A DNA stretch of 64,000 nt from the NCBI GenBank assembly GCA_965246895.1, contig OZ251993.1:718436-782435 (forward strand). Reading direction: 5' to 3'. Source of the stretch: Alphaproteobacteria bacterium. Its GTDB lineage: Bacteria; Pseudomonadota; Alphaproteobacteria; JAIXQD01. Positions within the stretch are counted from its first letter, which is position 1. Every line of letters begins with the position of its first letter. Of the stretch, positions 17,009-27,104 are shown piece by piece. The notes under the pieces were generated by a model that saw nothing but the letters and a program-made list of their open reading frames with translations, was not told the DNA's origin and did no database searches. A program made the position numbers and the translations under genes.

Positions 17009-17971
17009 CTAAGGCTTGGCGGCAGGTGCCGGTTCTGCCGTGGCATATTCCTTGGCAAACAGCGACTGGCGCAACAACACGATCGAAATGCGACGATTTT
17101 GCGAGTCTTCTGGCTTGCCTTTCACGTAAGGGTCGCGATCCGCACGCCCAACGACATTTTGCACGCGGTCGACAGCAACGCCGCTGCTAACCAAAACTCG
17201 GCGCGAGGCATTGGCGCGTTCCGCCGACAAGTCCCAATTGTCCCGTGCTGAATTAGCCGAGAAGGGTGCCGCATCCGTATGGCCGGAAATCGCCAGTCGG
17301 TTCGGCAGGCGCGAGACAGCGCGGCCAACCAATTCGATCAAGTGACGTGTCGCCGGATACATCTGCGCAGAGCCTGAAGGGAACATCGAGAGGTTATTTT
17401 GATCGACGATTTGAATGCGTAACCCTTCGTCCGTTTGGTCGATGACAAGATTCTTTGACAGCACAGAGAGTTCCTTGTCAGCGCTGATCGCCTGCCGCAA
17501 GTCGGCTTCGGCTTTTTTGAAATTCTGTTGCTCCTCCGCTTCGCGCTGCTTATCAAGCGCGCTGGCATCTTTGGCGGTAAAGCGATTGGTGTTATTTTCC
17601 GTTTCCGTGCCGACATGGCCTTCTGCAATGTCTTTTGCTTCGTCGGCATTGCCGGGGGGCTGTGGTTCTGTTTCGGCAACCCCAGGCGGCGAGCTGTCTG
17701 AAACCTTAGCTTCAGGCGCTGAAATTGTCTTGCCGCCAAAAATTCCGCCCGCGCCAGATTGCGAGGTCGACACGCTCGAAGGCGCAAAATAATCGGCGAT
17801 CCCTTTGCGCTGCACGTCGGTCGTAACGTTCAACAACCAAAGTAGCAGAAAGAACGCCATCATCGCCGTTACAAAGTCGGCATAAGCAACTTTCCAGGCG
17901 CCGCCATGGTGGCCACCGGCGACTTTTTTAACGCGCTTGATAATAATTGGTTGCTGGCCCGGGGCTGCCAT
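17009..17971 (-). CDS. motB: Flagellar motor stator protein MotB (OmpA-like C-terminus)
   Basis: 320 aa. The N-terminus GGAWKVAYADFVTAMMAFFLLLWLL carries the conserved plug/TM Asp. The C-terminus ISGHTDAAPF...NWDLSAERANASRRVL is the peptidoglycan-binding OmpA/MotB domain. The start lies 2 nt after the motA stop. Confidence 0.85.
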   Translation of the reverse strand: MAAPGQQPIIIKRVKKVAGGHHGGAWKVAYADFVTAMMAFFLLLWLLNVTTDVQRKGIADYFAPSSVSTSQSGAGGIFGGKTISAPEAKVSDSSPPGVAETEPQPPGNADEAKDIAEGHVGTETENNTNRFTAKDASALDKQREAEEQQNFKKAEADLRQAISADKELSVLSKNLVIDQTDEGLRIQIVDQNNLSMFPSGSAQMYPATRHLIELVGRAVSRLPNRLAISGHTDAAPFSANSARDNWDLSAERANASRRVLVSSGVAVDRVQNVVGRADRDPYVKGKPEDSQNRRISIVLLRQSLFAKEYATAEPAPAAKP

Positions 17972-17973
17972 GA

Positions 17974-18834
17974 TTAGACCGGTGTCAGTGCATTGGTGGC
18001 TTCTTCTAATTCGCCAAAGGTTGGGCGCACATCGCTGTTCAGCGCCTTGCGCGCATATTCAACGGAAATTGCCGGCGCATAGCCATGCAAATGCGCAATT
18101 AGCCCGGTCTTGAGACATGTGAGATACTTCGACTCCGCGTCAAATCGCGCCTGCAGATTTGCCGCCAGCGGCGCGATATAGCCATACGATAGCCAAACAC
18201 CGAGGAAGGTTCCGACCAGCGCCGCGCCGATCAGGTGGCCCAGCACTTCTGGCGGCTCTGTAATCGAGCCCATGGTGTGGATGATACCAAGCACGGCCGC
18301 GACAATACCGAGCGCGGGCATACCATCTGCCATCTGCGTGATCGAATGGGAAAGCGCATGATCTTCCGCGTGATGCACTTCTAATTCCTGATCCATCAGC
18401 GCTTCGATCTCATACGGCTTGTCGGAGCCCAGCGAGACAAGGCGCAGATAGTCGCACAAAAAGTCGACGGCGTGGTGATCGTGCAGGAAGGTCGGGAACT
18501 TTTCGAAGAGCGCACTTTCATGCGGTTTCTCGATATGCTGTTCCATCGCTAGCATACCCTTGGTCTTGGCAAGCTTGAATACTTGATATTGCATCGACAG
18601 CAGTTCGATGAATTCCGGCTTGCCGAATTTCGCCTTTTTGGTCGACGCCTTTAGCTCTTTAAAGACGCGCTTCCGCACGGATTTTGGGTTGGCAATGATG
18701 TAGCCGCCGACACCTGCGCCAAAAATGATCAACACTTCGAACGGTTGCCACAGCACAGCCATATGGCCGCCGTTGGCCATGTAGCCGCCGATCGTGCAGG
18801 CAATAACGACAAAAATGCCGATGAAAATATTCAT
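17974..18834 (-). CDS. motA: Flagellar motor stator protein MotA
   Basis: 286 aa with four TM segments. Contains a MotA/TolQ/ExbB channel-family C-terminal region (ALGIVAAVLGIIHTM...GAALVGTFLGVWLSYG). Confidence 0.9.
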   Translation of the reverse strand: MNIFIGIFVVIACTIGGYMANGGHMAVLWQPFEVLIIFGAGVGGYIIANPKSVRKRVFKELKASTKKAKFGKPEFIELLSMQYQVFKLAKTKGMLAMEQHIEKPHESALFEKFPTFLHDHHAVDFLCDYLRLVSLGSDKPYEIEALMDQELEVHHAEDHALSHSITQMADGMPALGIVAAVLGIIHTMGSITEPPEVLGHLIGAALVGTFLGVWLSYGYIAPLAANLQARFDAESKYLTCLKTGLIAHLHGYAPAISVEYARKALNSDVRPTFGELEEATNALTPV

Positions 18835-18958
18835 TCGCTAAGAAGGCTCCGAAGCTGTGTCGCTCATGCAAGAGCGTTAGCGTCCAGCCTAAGAAAAATT
18901 GGTTAACGGAAGATGGAGATATCGAAGCCGGATTAACGATTGCAGCGTTTGCAAAAGA

Positions 18959-19372
18959 TTACATACCCAGCGTTTTGACGAGTTTATCAACGTGATATTT
19001 GGGCCCGCAGACCATTACATCAAAATTATCGACATTGATAACAATCCGGTCACCGAAGATCCCAGCTCGGATAGTCGGTTTGTAAGTCGTTGCATGCTTG
19101 AAAGCGATTTCGCGTTTATAGCCCATATCCATTAAAGCTGCTGCGATCCGCACGTTGAAATCGGTACTTTGATCCCCATCATGCGCAAAGCGAACTTCGG
19201 AGCCGCGTAGGTAATAGCCAAGTGGCATGCCAATGGCGATCCCAGCCGTGATCGCAACGATGATAGCCTTATGCCAAGGCAAATCGAGCATGCCCCATAG
19301 AATTAAAGCGAACGGCACACCTGTTACAAAGAACAGAGTCTGGAAAACCGAGAAAAAAGTTCTATCCTGCAC
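18959..19372 (-). CDS. Hypothetical membrane protein
   Basis: 137-aa ORF with a GTG start. It has two N-terminal hydrophobic helices followed by a soluble domain of about 70 aa. AT-richer than its neighbours. No motif recognised. Confidence 0.4.
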   Translation of the reverse strand: MQDRTFFSVFQTLFFVTGVPFALILWGMLDLPWHKAIIVAITAGIAIGMPLGYYLRGSEVRFAHDGDQSTDFNVRIAAALMDMGYKREIAFKHATTYKPTIRAGIFGDRIVINVDNFDVMVCGPKYHVDKLVKTLGM

Positions 19373-19478
19373 GGTATGCCTTCTGCGGTTCTGCCAATTC
19401 AGCTGCTGAGCATAGCGGAAAGGGTTTGCGGTTTCGTTAACGGTCTTGCGTCTGGCCGCAGACTTGCCAAACTAACCT

Positions 19479-20495
19479 ATGCTCAACGCAGCCCATGAAA
19501 CGACAGCCGAAATAACCTTTGCAACGCACGGGGTTTTGGCAATTGCTACGCTGAACCGCCCAGCGGCACTGAATGCGCAGAACCTGAATATGGTACGCGC
19601 TTTTGCGAAACAATTAACGATTTGGGAGCGCGATCCTGCGATCACACGGTTGTTGATTCGGGGCGAGAGCGGCTTGAATAACAAGTGGGCTTTTTGCGCG
19701 GGTGGGGACGTAAAGCCGCTCTGGCGACAATCATCTGAAGATCGACTTGCGTTTTTCATGCATGAATATGATCTCTGCGCCGCCTTGAAACAGACGCGAC
19801 TGACGACGATCGCTTATATGGATGGCATTACCATGGGCGGCGGCGTTGGCCTGTCGATCTATGCAAACCATCGTTTGGCAACTCCGCGCACGCGTTGGGC
19901 CATGCCAGAGGTGAAGCTAGGATTTTTTCTTGATATCGCCGCCAGTCATTTTTTAAATTATGTGACTGAACCCACATTGGGCCGCTACCTAGCGCTGACT
20001 GGCGCGCAACTGAGCGGAGCGGACTGCCTAGCTGCTGGCATCGCCACAAACTTTATCGGCGAGGGGCAGAGCAACGCTTTGATTGAAGCATTAGCTGAAA
20101 TAGATGATGCAGCGGCAATCCTGCAAAAGTTCACCATGCAAACGCCAGAAACAAATCTAGCGCAATTGGATGGACTGACAGTCGAGACGCCATTAGCAGA
20201 ATTTTTGGCGCATATCGCAGCGCAAGGGCTGCTGCCAGATGGCCAGAGAGATAAATTGTGCGCTTTGAGCCTAAGGGTGGTGGACGAAGCCTTGCGCCGC
20301 GGCTGCACGCAGGATTATGCCGCCACGATCGCGATGGATAAGGTGTTAGTGCGGCATTTTTTGGATGGGAAAACCTTCCCTGAAGGCGTTCGCGCCTTGT
20401 TGATTGACCGTGATAACCAACCAAATTGGGGGGAGGCTGGGCTAAATACGGTCGATGACGCAGAAGTTGAGCGCTATTTTGCCCCTATTTACTGA
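19479..20495 (+). CDS. Enoyl-CoA hydratase/isomerase family, 3-hydroxyisobutyryl-CoA hydrolase type
   Basis: 338 aa. Contains LNRPAALNAQN, FCAGGDV and MDGITMGGGVGLS. The extended C-terminal (ECH_2-type) length is typical of HIBYL-CoA hydrolases. Confidence 0.8.
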   Translation: MLNAAHETTAEITFATHGVLAIATLNRPAALNAQNLNMVRAFAKQLTIWERDPAITRLLIRGESGLNNKWAFCAGGDVKPLWRQSSEDRLAFFMHEYDLCAALKQTRLTTIAYMDGITMGGGVGLSIYANHRLATPRTRWAMPEVKLGFFLDIAASHFLNYVTEPTLGRYLALTGAQLSGADCLAAGIATNFIGEGQSNALIEALAEIDDAAAILQKFTMQTPETNLAQLDGLTVETPLAEFLAHIAAQGLLPDGQRDKLCALSLRVVDEALRRGCTQDYAATIAMDKVLVRHFLDGKTFPEGVRALLIDRDNQPNWGEAGLNTVDDAEVERYFAPIY

Positions 20496-20525
20496 TTATT
20501 CAGCCCATGCGACCATTTTAGCATC

Positions 20526-20990
20526 ATGATGATGAACCCTTCGCACCCATACTTCGATGCTTTCACGCTGATCGAACGTTTACACCGCCATTTTCTCGAT
20601 GTGCTTAAGATCGACCTAGAGAAAAGCGGCGTCCTCGATATCAACAACGTGCAGGCCTTGCTGCTCTATAATATGGGCGGGGACGAAATGACGGTGGGAG
20701 AATTAACCGTGCGCGGGCATTATCTCGGCTCGAACGTTTCATACAACGTCAAGAAGCTGGTCGAGACAGGCTATCTGACGCAGGAGCGTAGTTTGCATGA
20801 TAAGCGTGCGATCCGCCTTAAGCAGACGGAGAAGACGACAGCGCTGCGGCAGCTGATGCAGAAGACCTTCGAGAAGCATGTGACTAAACTCTCAACGGTC
20901 GATTTAGATATTCCAGCGCTCCATACGCTAAACGGCAGCCTTAAAAAGCTAGAACGCTTCTGGACACTTGGGCTCGCGCAAGGGCTTTAA
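20526..20990 (+). CDS. Winged-helix (MarR-like) transcriptional regulator
   Basis: 154 aa. MTVGELTVRGHYLGSNVSYNVKKLVETGYLTQERSLHDKRAIRLKQTEK has the MarR recognition-helix, wing and D-x-R pattern. Confidence 0.65.
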   Translation: MMMNPSHPYFDAFTLIERLHRHFLDVLKIDLEKSGVLDINNVQALLLYNMGGDEMTVGELTVRGHYLGSNVSYNVKKLVETGYLTQERSLHDKRAIRLKQTEKTTALRQLMQKTFEKHVTKLSTVDLDIPALHTLNGSLKKLERFWTLGLAQGL

Positions 20991-21457
20991 CGGCGGGCAG
21001 CGAATAGATAGACGGTTTTCACGTGCAGCAGGCTGCCAGCAGCCGGTCTTAGCACCGGCAGCTCGTCCAATCGATCATTGTCGCAACTGATCCGCATTTT
21101 TTCGGCAATTCCAAGTTGCGCGCAGATGCCGCTGACATTCTTTGCCAACCGCGTGCGGTCAGTGACGGTTGGACGCTTGCAATTCTTCGCAATGAACAGG
21201 CCGTCTTGCCAAAGGCTGCCGCTACTATCGTCCATTACCGATGCATCGATTTGCAGATCACAATTGCGTACTAGGGTGGAGACCAAAACCTCTTCATTTT
21301 GGCATAGATAGTTGTGCCTATCTTGGGGGCCGACGAGGGTATAGGGGATGGCCAGAAAACGCCGACCACTAACCAAGACGTCTTTTGCGTTTGGATCGCC
21401 TGGAAGACCAACTGTCCAATAATGTGATTTGCGTAGATCAATCATTTTAATCTCCAC
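20987..21457 (-). CDS. Hypothetical protein (orphan-like)
   Basis: 156-aa ORF, AT-richer than its surroundings. Its stop overlaps the stop of the convergent regulator gene by 4 nt, and it is divergent from the Hsp70-like gene. No motif recognised. Confidence 0.4.
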   Translation of the reverse strand: MEIKMIDLRKSHYWTVGLPGDPNAKDVLVSGRRFLAIPYTLVGPQDRHNYLCQNEEVLVSTLVRNCDLQIDASVMDDSSGSLWQDGLFIAKNCKRPTVTDRTRLAKNVSGICAQLGIAEKMRISCDNDRLDELPVLRPAAGSLLHVKTVYLFAARR

Positions 21458-21511
21458 TGTTAATATTTGCCCCCATATAAGCAGAATTAATCACTATCTC
21501 GAAATACTTTC

Positions 21512-23806
21512 GTGTTTAAACTACCGTCCATGTTTCTCGGTATCGATCTTGGCACGTCCAACAGCGTCATTTACGGCGTTGTCGACGGTGACTTAAAGCT
21601 TTTCAAGACGGCGGACGGGGCGGATGCCCTGCCGAGCGTCATTTATATAGATAAGCGCGGTACGCGCCTGCACGGGCGCCGCGCGCAGGAACAGGCACTA
21701 CTGAGTCCCGATAGCGTGGCGCATGGCTTCAAGCGGCTGCTCGGCAGCAAGACGCCGATTGAGCTGGCCGATAATGACGTCAAGCTGACGCCTGAGGAGT
21801 GCAGCGCCGATATTATTCAGACGCTGCTTGAACAAGCAAAACAGGAAACCGGCAGCGATGATTTCTCGCAGGTCGTCATCACTATTCCCGCCGCCTTCAA
21901 CCAGATGCAGAGCGAGGCGACGCTACGTGCCGCAGAACGCGCCGGGCTGATCGACCCGCCGGTACTGTTGCAGGAACCAGTGGCCGCCGCCATTGCCGCC
22001 GCGCACGCAGGCAGTGCTAAAGGCACGAATGGCCAATTCCTAATCTATGATCTTGGCGGCGGCACCTTCGATTTGGCGTTGGCGAAATCCGATGGTGCTG
22101 AGATTAAGATCGTCGCGAACCAAGGCATCAACATGCTGGGCGGGCGCGATTTTGATCGACGTCTTGTTCAAGACGTCATTCGCCCCTGGCTAGCAGATAA
22201 TTTCGACCTGCCTGAAGATTTCATGCGCCAGCCGGCGTTCCGCCGCCTGCTGCGCGTGGCGCAATTGGCTGCTGAAAAAACCAAAATTGAACTCTCGACG
22301 CGCGAGACGGCGACAATTTTCGCTTCAGACGACGAGGTGCGCACGGAAGACACAAGCGGTGCTGATATTTTCCTCGACATCAAGCTGACGCGCGACACGT
22401 TCGAAGCGCTGATCGACGATACGGTGAAGCGCACGGTGGCCGTGACGCAGCAGCTATTGGCTGATCAAAATCTAAAGGCATCCGATATCGACCGGCTGGT
22501 TTTTATCGGTGGGCCGTCGAAGATCCCGCTGATCCGCGCCAAGGTCGCGGACGAACTGGGGCTGGAGGCTGATTTGTCGCTCGACCCGATGACGACGGTC
22601 GCACGTGGCGCTGCACTTTATGCCGCGCAGCTGGCGGGCCAGCCGCTGGCGGGGGCAGTTTCAGATAGTAGCGATCAAGCGCCAAAGGCGCCAACTATTA
22701 CTATCAATGCTTCCAAGACGATTGCCGTAAAAGTGCGCGATGGCGAGCAGAACAATCTGCTGCCAATCGTGACCGCCGGCATGCAGCTGCCGACTGGCGA
22801 TACTTTGCATGTGGCAGCGGCTGCAGATCTAAGCGCGAATAGCAACGGCGCATTGTCGTTTGAATTATTCCAACTGGAGTTTCCTGAGCGGTTGGAGCTG
22901 AACCTTTGCATTGGTGCATTCCGCATTACCGCCGCCGATCTGCCGAAAGATGCCAGCATCGCCGCGGGCGATGCGCTGCAGTTCCATTGGTCGATGAATG
23001 CCAGCGGTATTATGGAGGCTACAGTCGAGCTTACCATTGACGGCAAGCCTGTGCTGCTGGAAACACCGCGCTTTTTCGCCCCGCAGGAGGGCGAGCAGAG
23101 CTTCGCTGGCCCGTCTGCCGTGGCTTTTGCTGAAAGCGTCATGCGCGAAGCGCAGGCAGAGCTAGACGATATCCTGGCCGCATTGGGGCCGGGGCAGGCC
23201 GGTGCCGCACGCGAAGCCGATCTGTTGCGGCATCGCCTGAAGGAACAGATTGAAGCCTTGCGCGACGCGGGCGAAGAGGCAGAACTGATCCGTCAGGCGA
23301 GCGAGGAAGCACGTTTCATTCGGCAGGATCTCGCGCGCCTGGCGCGGAAGCAAGGCGCATCAGTATTGCAACGACGGCTAGGTCGCTTGAGTGCGGCATA
23401 TAACCGCACGGCGCGTGCACAGGCGACGGCAGAGGAGATAGCGGAGGTCACGCGTCTTACAGAAGCGCTGAACGCGACAATCAACGGTGCCGGCGAGGCA
23501 GGCATCGATACGGCTACATGGTATCGGGCTGAGCATGATCTATTGGCGATCCGCCGGCTGTTCTTTGCAGCTGCCTGGCGCGACCCTGCGTATTTGCGCC
23601 GCTGGTATGCCGAGGCCAAGGCCGAGCCGCAGTTTTATCCCGACCAGTCTGAATACGAAGGCTTGATGAAAACCGCTGATACGGCGCTGGCTGCGAAGAA
23701 CGACGATAAATTCCGAGCTGCCATGGAAAAACTATTGGCCGCGCGCGTCTCGCTCGCGGCTTCCAGCAGCGCCAGCGACCCCGCTAGCGTGGTAAAGGTG
23801 GATTAA
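21512..23806 (+). CDS. Atypical Hsp70-family protein (actin-like ATPase domain plus long C-terminal extension)
   Basis: 764 aa (GTG at 21512; alternative ATG at 21530). Hsp70 NBD motifs are present: GIDLGTSNS, IPAAFN, YDLGGGTFD, GGRDFD and IGGPSKIP. A beta-rich segment follows, then a helical, Ala/Arg/Glu-rich tail of about 280 aa with no EEVD terminus. Confidence 0.85.
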   Translation: MFKLPSMFLGIDLGTSNSVIYGVVDGDLKLFKTADGADALPSVIYIDKRGTRLHGRRAQEQALLSPDSVAHGFKRLLGSKTPIELADNDVKLTPEECSADIIQTLLEQAKQETGSDDFSQVVITIPAAFNQMQSEATLRAAERAGLIDPPVLLQEPVAAAIAAAHAGSAKGTNGQFLIYDLGGGTFDLALAKSDGAEIKIVANQGINMLGGRDFDRRLVQDVIRPWLADNFDLPEDFMRQPAFRRLLRVAQLAAEKTKIELSTRETATIFASDDEVRTEDTSGADIFLDIKLTRDTFEALIDDTVKRTVAVTQQLLADQNLKASDIDRLVFIGGPSKIPLIRAKVADELGLEADLSLDPMTTVARGAALYAAQLAGQPLAGAVSDSSDQAPKAPTITINASKTIAVKVRDGEQNNLLPIVTAGMQLPTGDTLHVAAAADLSANSNGALSFELFQLEFPERLELNLCIGAFRITAADLPKDASIAAGDALQFHWSMNASGIMEATVELTIDGKPVLLETPRFFAPQEGEQSFAGPSAVAFAESVMREAQAELDDILAALGPGQAGAAREADLLRHRLKEQIEALRDAGEEAELIRQASEEARFIRQDLARLARKQGASVLQRRLGRLSAAYNRTARAQATAEEIAEVTRLTEALNATINGAGEAGIDTATWYRAEHDLLAIRRLFFAAAWRDPAYLRRWYAEAKAEPQFYPDQSEYEGLMKTADTALAAKNDDKFRAAMEKLLAARVSLAASSSASDPASVVKVD

Positions 23807-23807
23807 A

Positions 23808-24620
23808 TTAAACCGTCTCGAAAATGACGGGCGCGCCCCAGAAGCGCTCGATCGCGGGTAAGGCTTCGGCCGCAAAGCCGGTCGATAGAAAGCGGCGCTG
23901 GCCTAATCCGTTACTGTTATATTGGGGACGCTGTTTTAAGTAATTGACCATTGCTTTGGCTGTTGCGGCGGGCTGATCGATAATCGGCAAATTGGGCGGC
24001 AGAGCTTCGGCAAACAGATCGGCGACGAGTGGATAATGCGTACAGCCAAGGATCACGCGGTCAGGCCATTCGCCGTTCATTTCCGCATGCAGCTCACCCA
24101 CGTATTTATGCACGCTGGCGCGCAACAGATCACGATCGGCGCCCGTCTCAATCATCTTGACGAGGCCATGGCAGGCCTTTTGATATACGCGCAGACCAGG
24201 GTGACGTTTGTGAATTTCAGTTAAATAGCTGCGGGTTTCAACCGTGCGGTCAGTCGCGAAGACGGCAAGCGTGTGGGGAACAGGATCATGCAGCGCGGCC
24301 TCGACGGTGGGCGCGACCACGCCCAAGACATTACGTGGTAGGCCATCGGCGCGCGTTTGAGACGGCAGCCACGACTGCTGAATCCATTTCAGAGCCACGG
24401 TAGAAGACGTATTGCAGGCGATAATAACGAGTTGGCAGCCGGCCTCGAACAATTTATCGACCCCGACGCAGGTCAACGTCAGGATATCGATTGGCGGGCG
24501 CCCGCCATAAGGCGCGTTCCGGTTATCGCCAAGATAGACGAAATCTGCCTCCGGCAAAGCTTGGGTCAGTGCGCGGTGAACTGTTAGGCCGCCAAACCCG
24601 CTATCAAACACACCAATCAT
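23808..24620 (-). CDS. murI: Glutamate racemase
   Basis: 270 aa. Contains IGVFDSGFGGLTV, the first catalytic Cys context IACNTSS and the second, GCTHYPL. Confidence 0.9.
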   Translation of the reverse strand: MIGVFDSGFGGLTVHRALTQALPEADFVYLGDNRNAPYGGRPPIDILTLTCVGVDKLFEAGCQLVIIACNTSSTVALKWIQQSWLPSQTRADGLPRNVLGVVAPTVEAALHDPVPHTLAVFATDRTVETRSYLTEIHKRHPGLRVYQKACHGLVKMIETGADRDLLRASVHKYVGELHAEMNGEWPDRVILGCTHYPLVADLFAEALPPNLPIIDQPAATAKAMVNYLKQRPQYNSNGLGQRRFLSTGFAAEALPAIERFWGAPVIFETV

Positions 24621-24813
24621 GAATCTCTCTGGCTAAGGGATAAGCAGTCTGCACTGTCGCATATAAAGATCAATTGTGTTTGTGACGGTAAGTGGAGATG
24701 TAGACTGATGTGTAGTGCGAGGTGTTGAATGTGCAGAAAAAATTAAAATGTTATTTTAACCTTGTATCACCGCTCGCAAGCGAACATGCTTACTTCATTC
24801 AGCGGAGGTGATT

Positions 24814-25236
24814 ATGGTAATGGAATATGGAAATAGAGACGGGCGTTATGATTTCATACAGAATGTTCAGCGGGCAACAGGCCGCCCCTATAAAGATGTT
24901 AATATAGCGTTGATTAAAGCCGAAGCTGATGTGACAAGCATTTATATCGACCAAGTGTATGAGCGGAAAATGATCGGTGGCATTGGCGGATCTTTGATGG
25001 CCGTTTTAGGCACAGTCATGGCTGCAGATGGAGTCTATTCAGCATCGCATAGCCCAGTTGCAGCTATCGCTACTTTGTTTGGAGCAGGATACGTGGCTTT
25101 TAAAGGTCTATGCCGCGCTGGTGCTTGGATTGATCAAGCAGAACAGCGCTATCAAGATGTTCAATCTTCTTATGGTCGCAATACAATAGACCCCGAGGTG
25201 CAGAGACAAGTGCAACACCAATTACGATATGGATAG
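24814..25236 (+). CDS. Hypothetical membrane protein (orphan-like, AT-rich)
   Basis: Track ORF 24808..25236. The ATG at 24814 lies 6 nt after GGAGG. A central Gly/Ala-rich hydrophobic stretch (IGGIGGSLMAVLGTVMAADG...AAIATLFGAGYVAF) is present. No motif recognised. Confidence 0.45.
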   Translation: MVMEYGNRDGRYDFIQNVQRATGRPYKDVNIALIKAEADVTSIYIDQVYERKMIGGIGGSLMAVLGTVMAADGVYSASHSPVAAIATLFGAGYVAFKGLCRAGAWIDQAEQRYQDVQSSYGRNTIDPEVQRQVQHQLRYG

Positions 25237-25456
25237 AGTTTTGAACGCATTGCGCGGTGGCATAGAAACGAACGATAGGTTTTGCCAGTAGAAATAAGCG
25301 GTTTGTATAAAGAAACATGCAATTATCTTGCAATCCGCATCTGTTTCCGGCACAAATTCTCATCCGCGGGAGAGGCGAGGGAGACATCCTCAAATCGTTG
25401 AACCGCTATACCCAGCTTGTCGGCTTCTGTCGCGGGCATAACATTGAGGTGAACAT

Positions 25457-25897
25457 ATGGCTCCGCCAAAAGGCAAAAAGATTGCCGCTTTCATAAAATT
25501 GCAGATTCCTGCGCAAGACGCTAAACCGTCGCCGCCCGTAGGCCCGGCACTCGGCCAGCGTGGTCTTAACATTATGGACTTCTGCAAGCAGTTCAACGCC
25601 AAGACGCAAACGATGGACAAGGGCATCCCATGCCCAGTGGTCATCACGGCTTACGAAGATCGTACCTTCTCATTCGTCATCAAGACGCCGCCGAACAGCT
25701 ACTTCATCATGAAGGCTGTGAAGCTAGATAAGGGCGCGAAGACGACCGGCACGCAAACGGTCGGCAAAATCACGCGCGCGCAATTGCGCGAGATCGCCAA
25801 GGTCAAAATCGTCGACATGAATTCGACCGAAATCGAATCCGCCGTCAACCAACTCGCCGGCACTGCACGCTCGATGGGCGTGACGGTTACGGACTAA
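25457..25897 (+). CDS. rplK: 50S ribosomal protein L11
   Basis: 146 aa. [37 protein letters not shown] is the canonical L11 N-terminal domain. Confidence 0.97.
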   Translation: MAPPKGKKIAAFIKLQIPAQDAKPSPPVGPALGQRGLNIMDFCKQFNAKTQTMDKGIPCPVVITAYEDRTFSFVIKTPPNSYFIMKAVKLDKGAKTTGTQTVGKITRAQLREIAKVKIVDMNSTEIESAVNQLAGTARSMGVTVTD

Positions 25898-25912
25898 CGG
25901 AGGATATCAATT

Positions 25913-26614
25913 ATGGCTCATAACAAACGTTTCACGAAGGCTGCGGCTGCACGTGAGGAAACAAAATTCTATTCACTGACCGAAGCGCTCAAGCTTGCCA
26001 AGCAAGGCGCGACTGCCAAGTTCGACGAGACGATCGAGGTTGCCTTGAACCTGGGCGTTGACCCGAAGCAATCGGATCAAATGGTGCGCGGACTGATCGC
26101 ATTGCCAGCCGGGACGGGCAAGACGGTACGCGTTGCCGTCTTCGCCAAAGGCCCGAAGGTCGAAGAAGCCAATGCAGCAGGCGCGGATATCACTGACGTT
26201 GAAACCCTGCTAGCCGAGATCAATGCCGGCAAGATGAACTTCGACCGCGTAATCGCCACACCCGACATGATGGGTGAAATCGGTAAGGTTGCGAAGATCC
26301 TCGGGCCGCGCGGTTTAATGCCAAATCCTAAGCTGGGCACAGTGACGATGGATGTCGCTGGCGCTGTAAAAACGGCCAAGGCCGGCGCGGTTGAATATCG
26401 CGTCGAAAAAGCTGGCGTGATTCACGCTGGCATTGGCAAGGCCAGCTTCACCGAAGCGCAGCTGATGCAGAATGCAGCCGCGCTGATCGGTGCCGTGCTG
26501 CGCGCCAAGCCAGCCGCGATCAAGGGTACGTATTTGAACCGCGTGTCAGTCAGCTCCACCATGGGGCCAGGCGTTAAGGTTGATGTGGCTTCGGCAATGG
26601 ACGCCGCTGCTTAA
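25913..26614 (+). CDS. rplA: 50S ribosomal protein L1
   Basis: 233 aa. Contains [24 protein letters not shown] and [15 protein letters not shown]. Confidence 0.97.
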   Translation: MAHNKRFTKAAAAREETKFYSLTEALKLAKQGATAKFDETIEVALNLGVDPKQSDQMVRGLIALPAGTGKTVRVAVFAKGPKVEEANAAGADITDVETLLAEINAGKMNFDRVIATPDMMGEIGKVAKILGPRGLMPNPKLGTVTMDVAGAVKTAKAGAVEYRVEKAGVIHAGIGKASFTEAQLMQNAAALIGAVLRAKPAAIKGTYLNRVSVSSTMGPGVKVDVASAMDAAA

Positions 26615-26631
26615 TTACAAATAATATTTAA

Positions 26632-26667
26632 GGGGCTGCGCCGTTTGCGTGGCCCCCTTTTTTTAGT
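26632..26667 (+). terminator. Rho-independent terminator after rplA
   Basis: GGGGCTGCGC-cgttt-GCGTGGCCCC followed by cttttttt. The stem is 10 bp including two G-U pairs. Confidence 0.8.
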
Positions 26668-26734
26668 CTTCTAATTCGCGACTGTATTTTTATGAACAGA
26701 CGCAAATAATCAAAATCTAATTACGGAGTTTAAT

Positions 26735-27103
26735 ATGAACGAATATCAAAAATGGGCCTATCGCACGCTTAACGATGACTTGCTTGCCGCGCTAAGTGCA
26801 AAGGCATGGCCGGAAGGCGAACGGGATTTCGTAGCTTTTGTTTTGCGATGGAAGTTAGGCCATCCGGAAAATCCACCGCGCTTGTGGCCTACGGGCGGCG
26901 CCGCTATCAGACCGAATGAGTCCGCGCAGCTTATGCTGGCGGCTTTCAACAGCGGCCATTCTGCAGAGATGCAACGTGAAGAACGGCACCTGGAGCAGGC
27001 CCTGCATGCGGCTAGCAATATCCAAACGAACGCGATGGCACTCGAACGTCGCCGGTCGCGTCCTGTTGCATCGCCCAAAAGAGTTGCAGGTTTAGGACGC
27101 TGA
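26735..27103 (+). CDS. Hypothetical protein (first gene of the pair inserted between rplA and rplJ)
   Basis: 122-aa ORF with its own GGAG RBS downstream of the rplA terminator, preceded by an AT-rich putative promoter region. No motif recognised. Confidence 0.5.
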   Translation: MNEYQKWAYRTLNDDLLAALSAKAWPEGERDFVAFVLRWKLGHPENPPRLWPTGGAAIRPNESAQLMLAAFNSGHSAEMQREERHLEQALHAASNIQTNAMALERRRSRPVASPKRVAGLGR

Positions 27104-27104
27104 C

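Noticed and set aside
17009-18834. MotA/MotB pair considered as a possible Zorya-type (ZorA/ZorB) anti-phage module.
   Set aside because: MotA is of canonical size (286 aa) without the long ZorA tail. MotB has the canonical plug/TM Asp and an OmpA domain. No ZorC/ZorD-like genes follow. This fits an ordinary flagellar stator.
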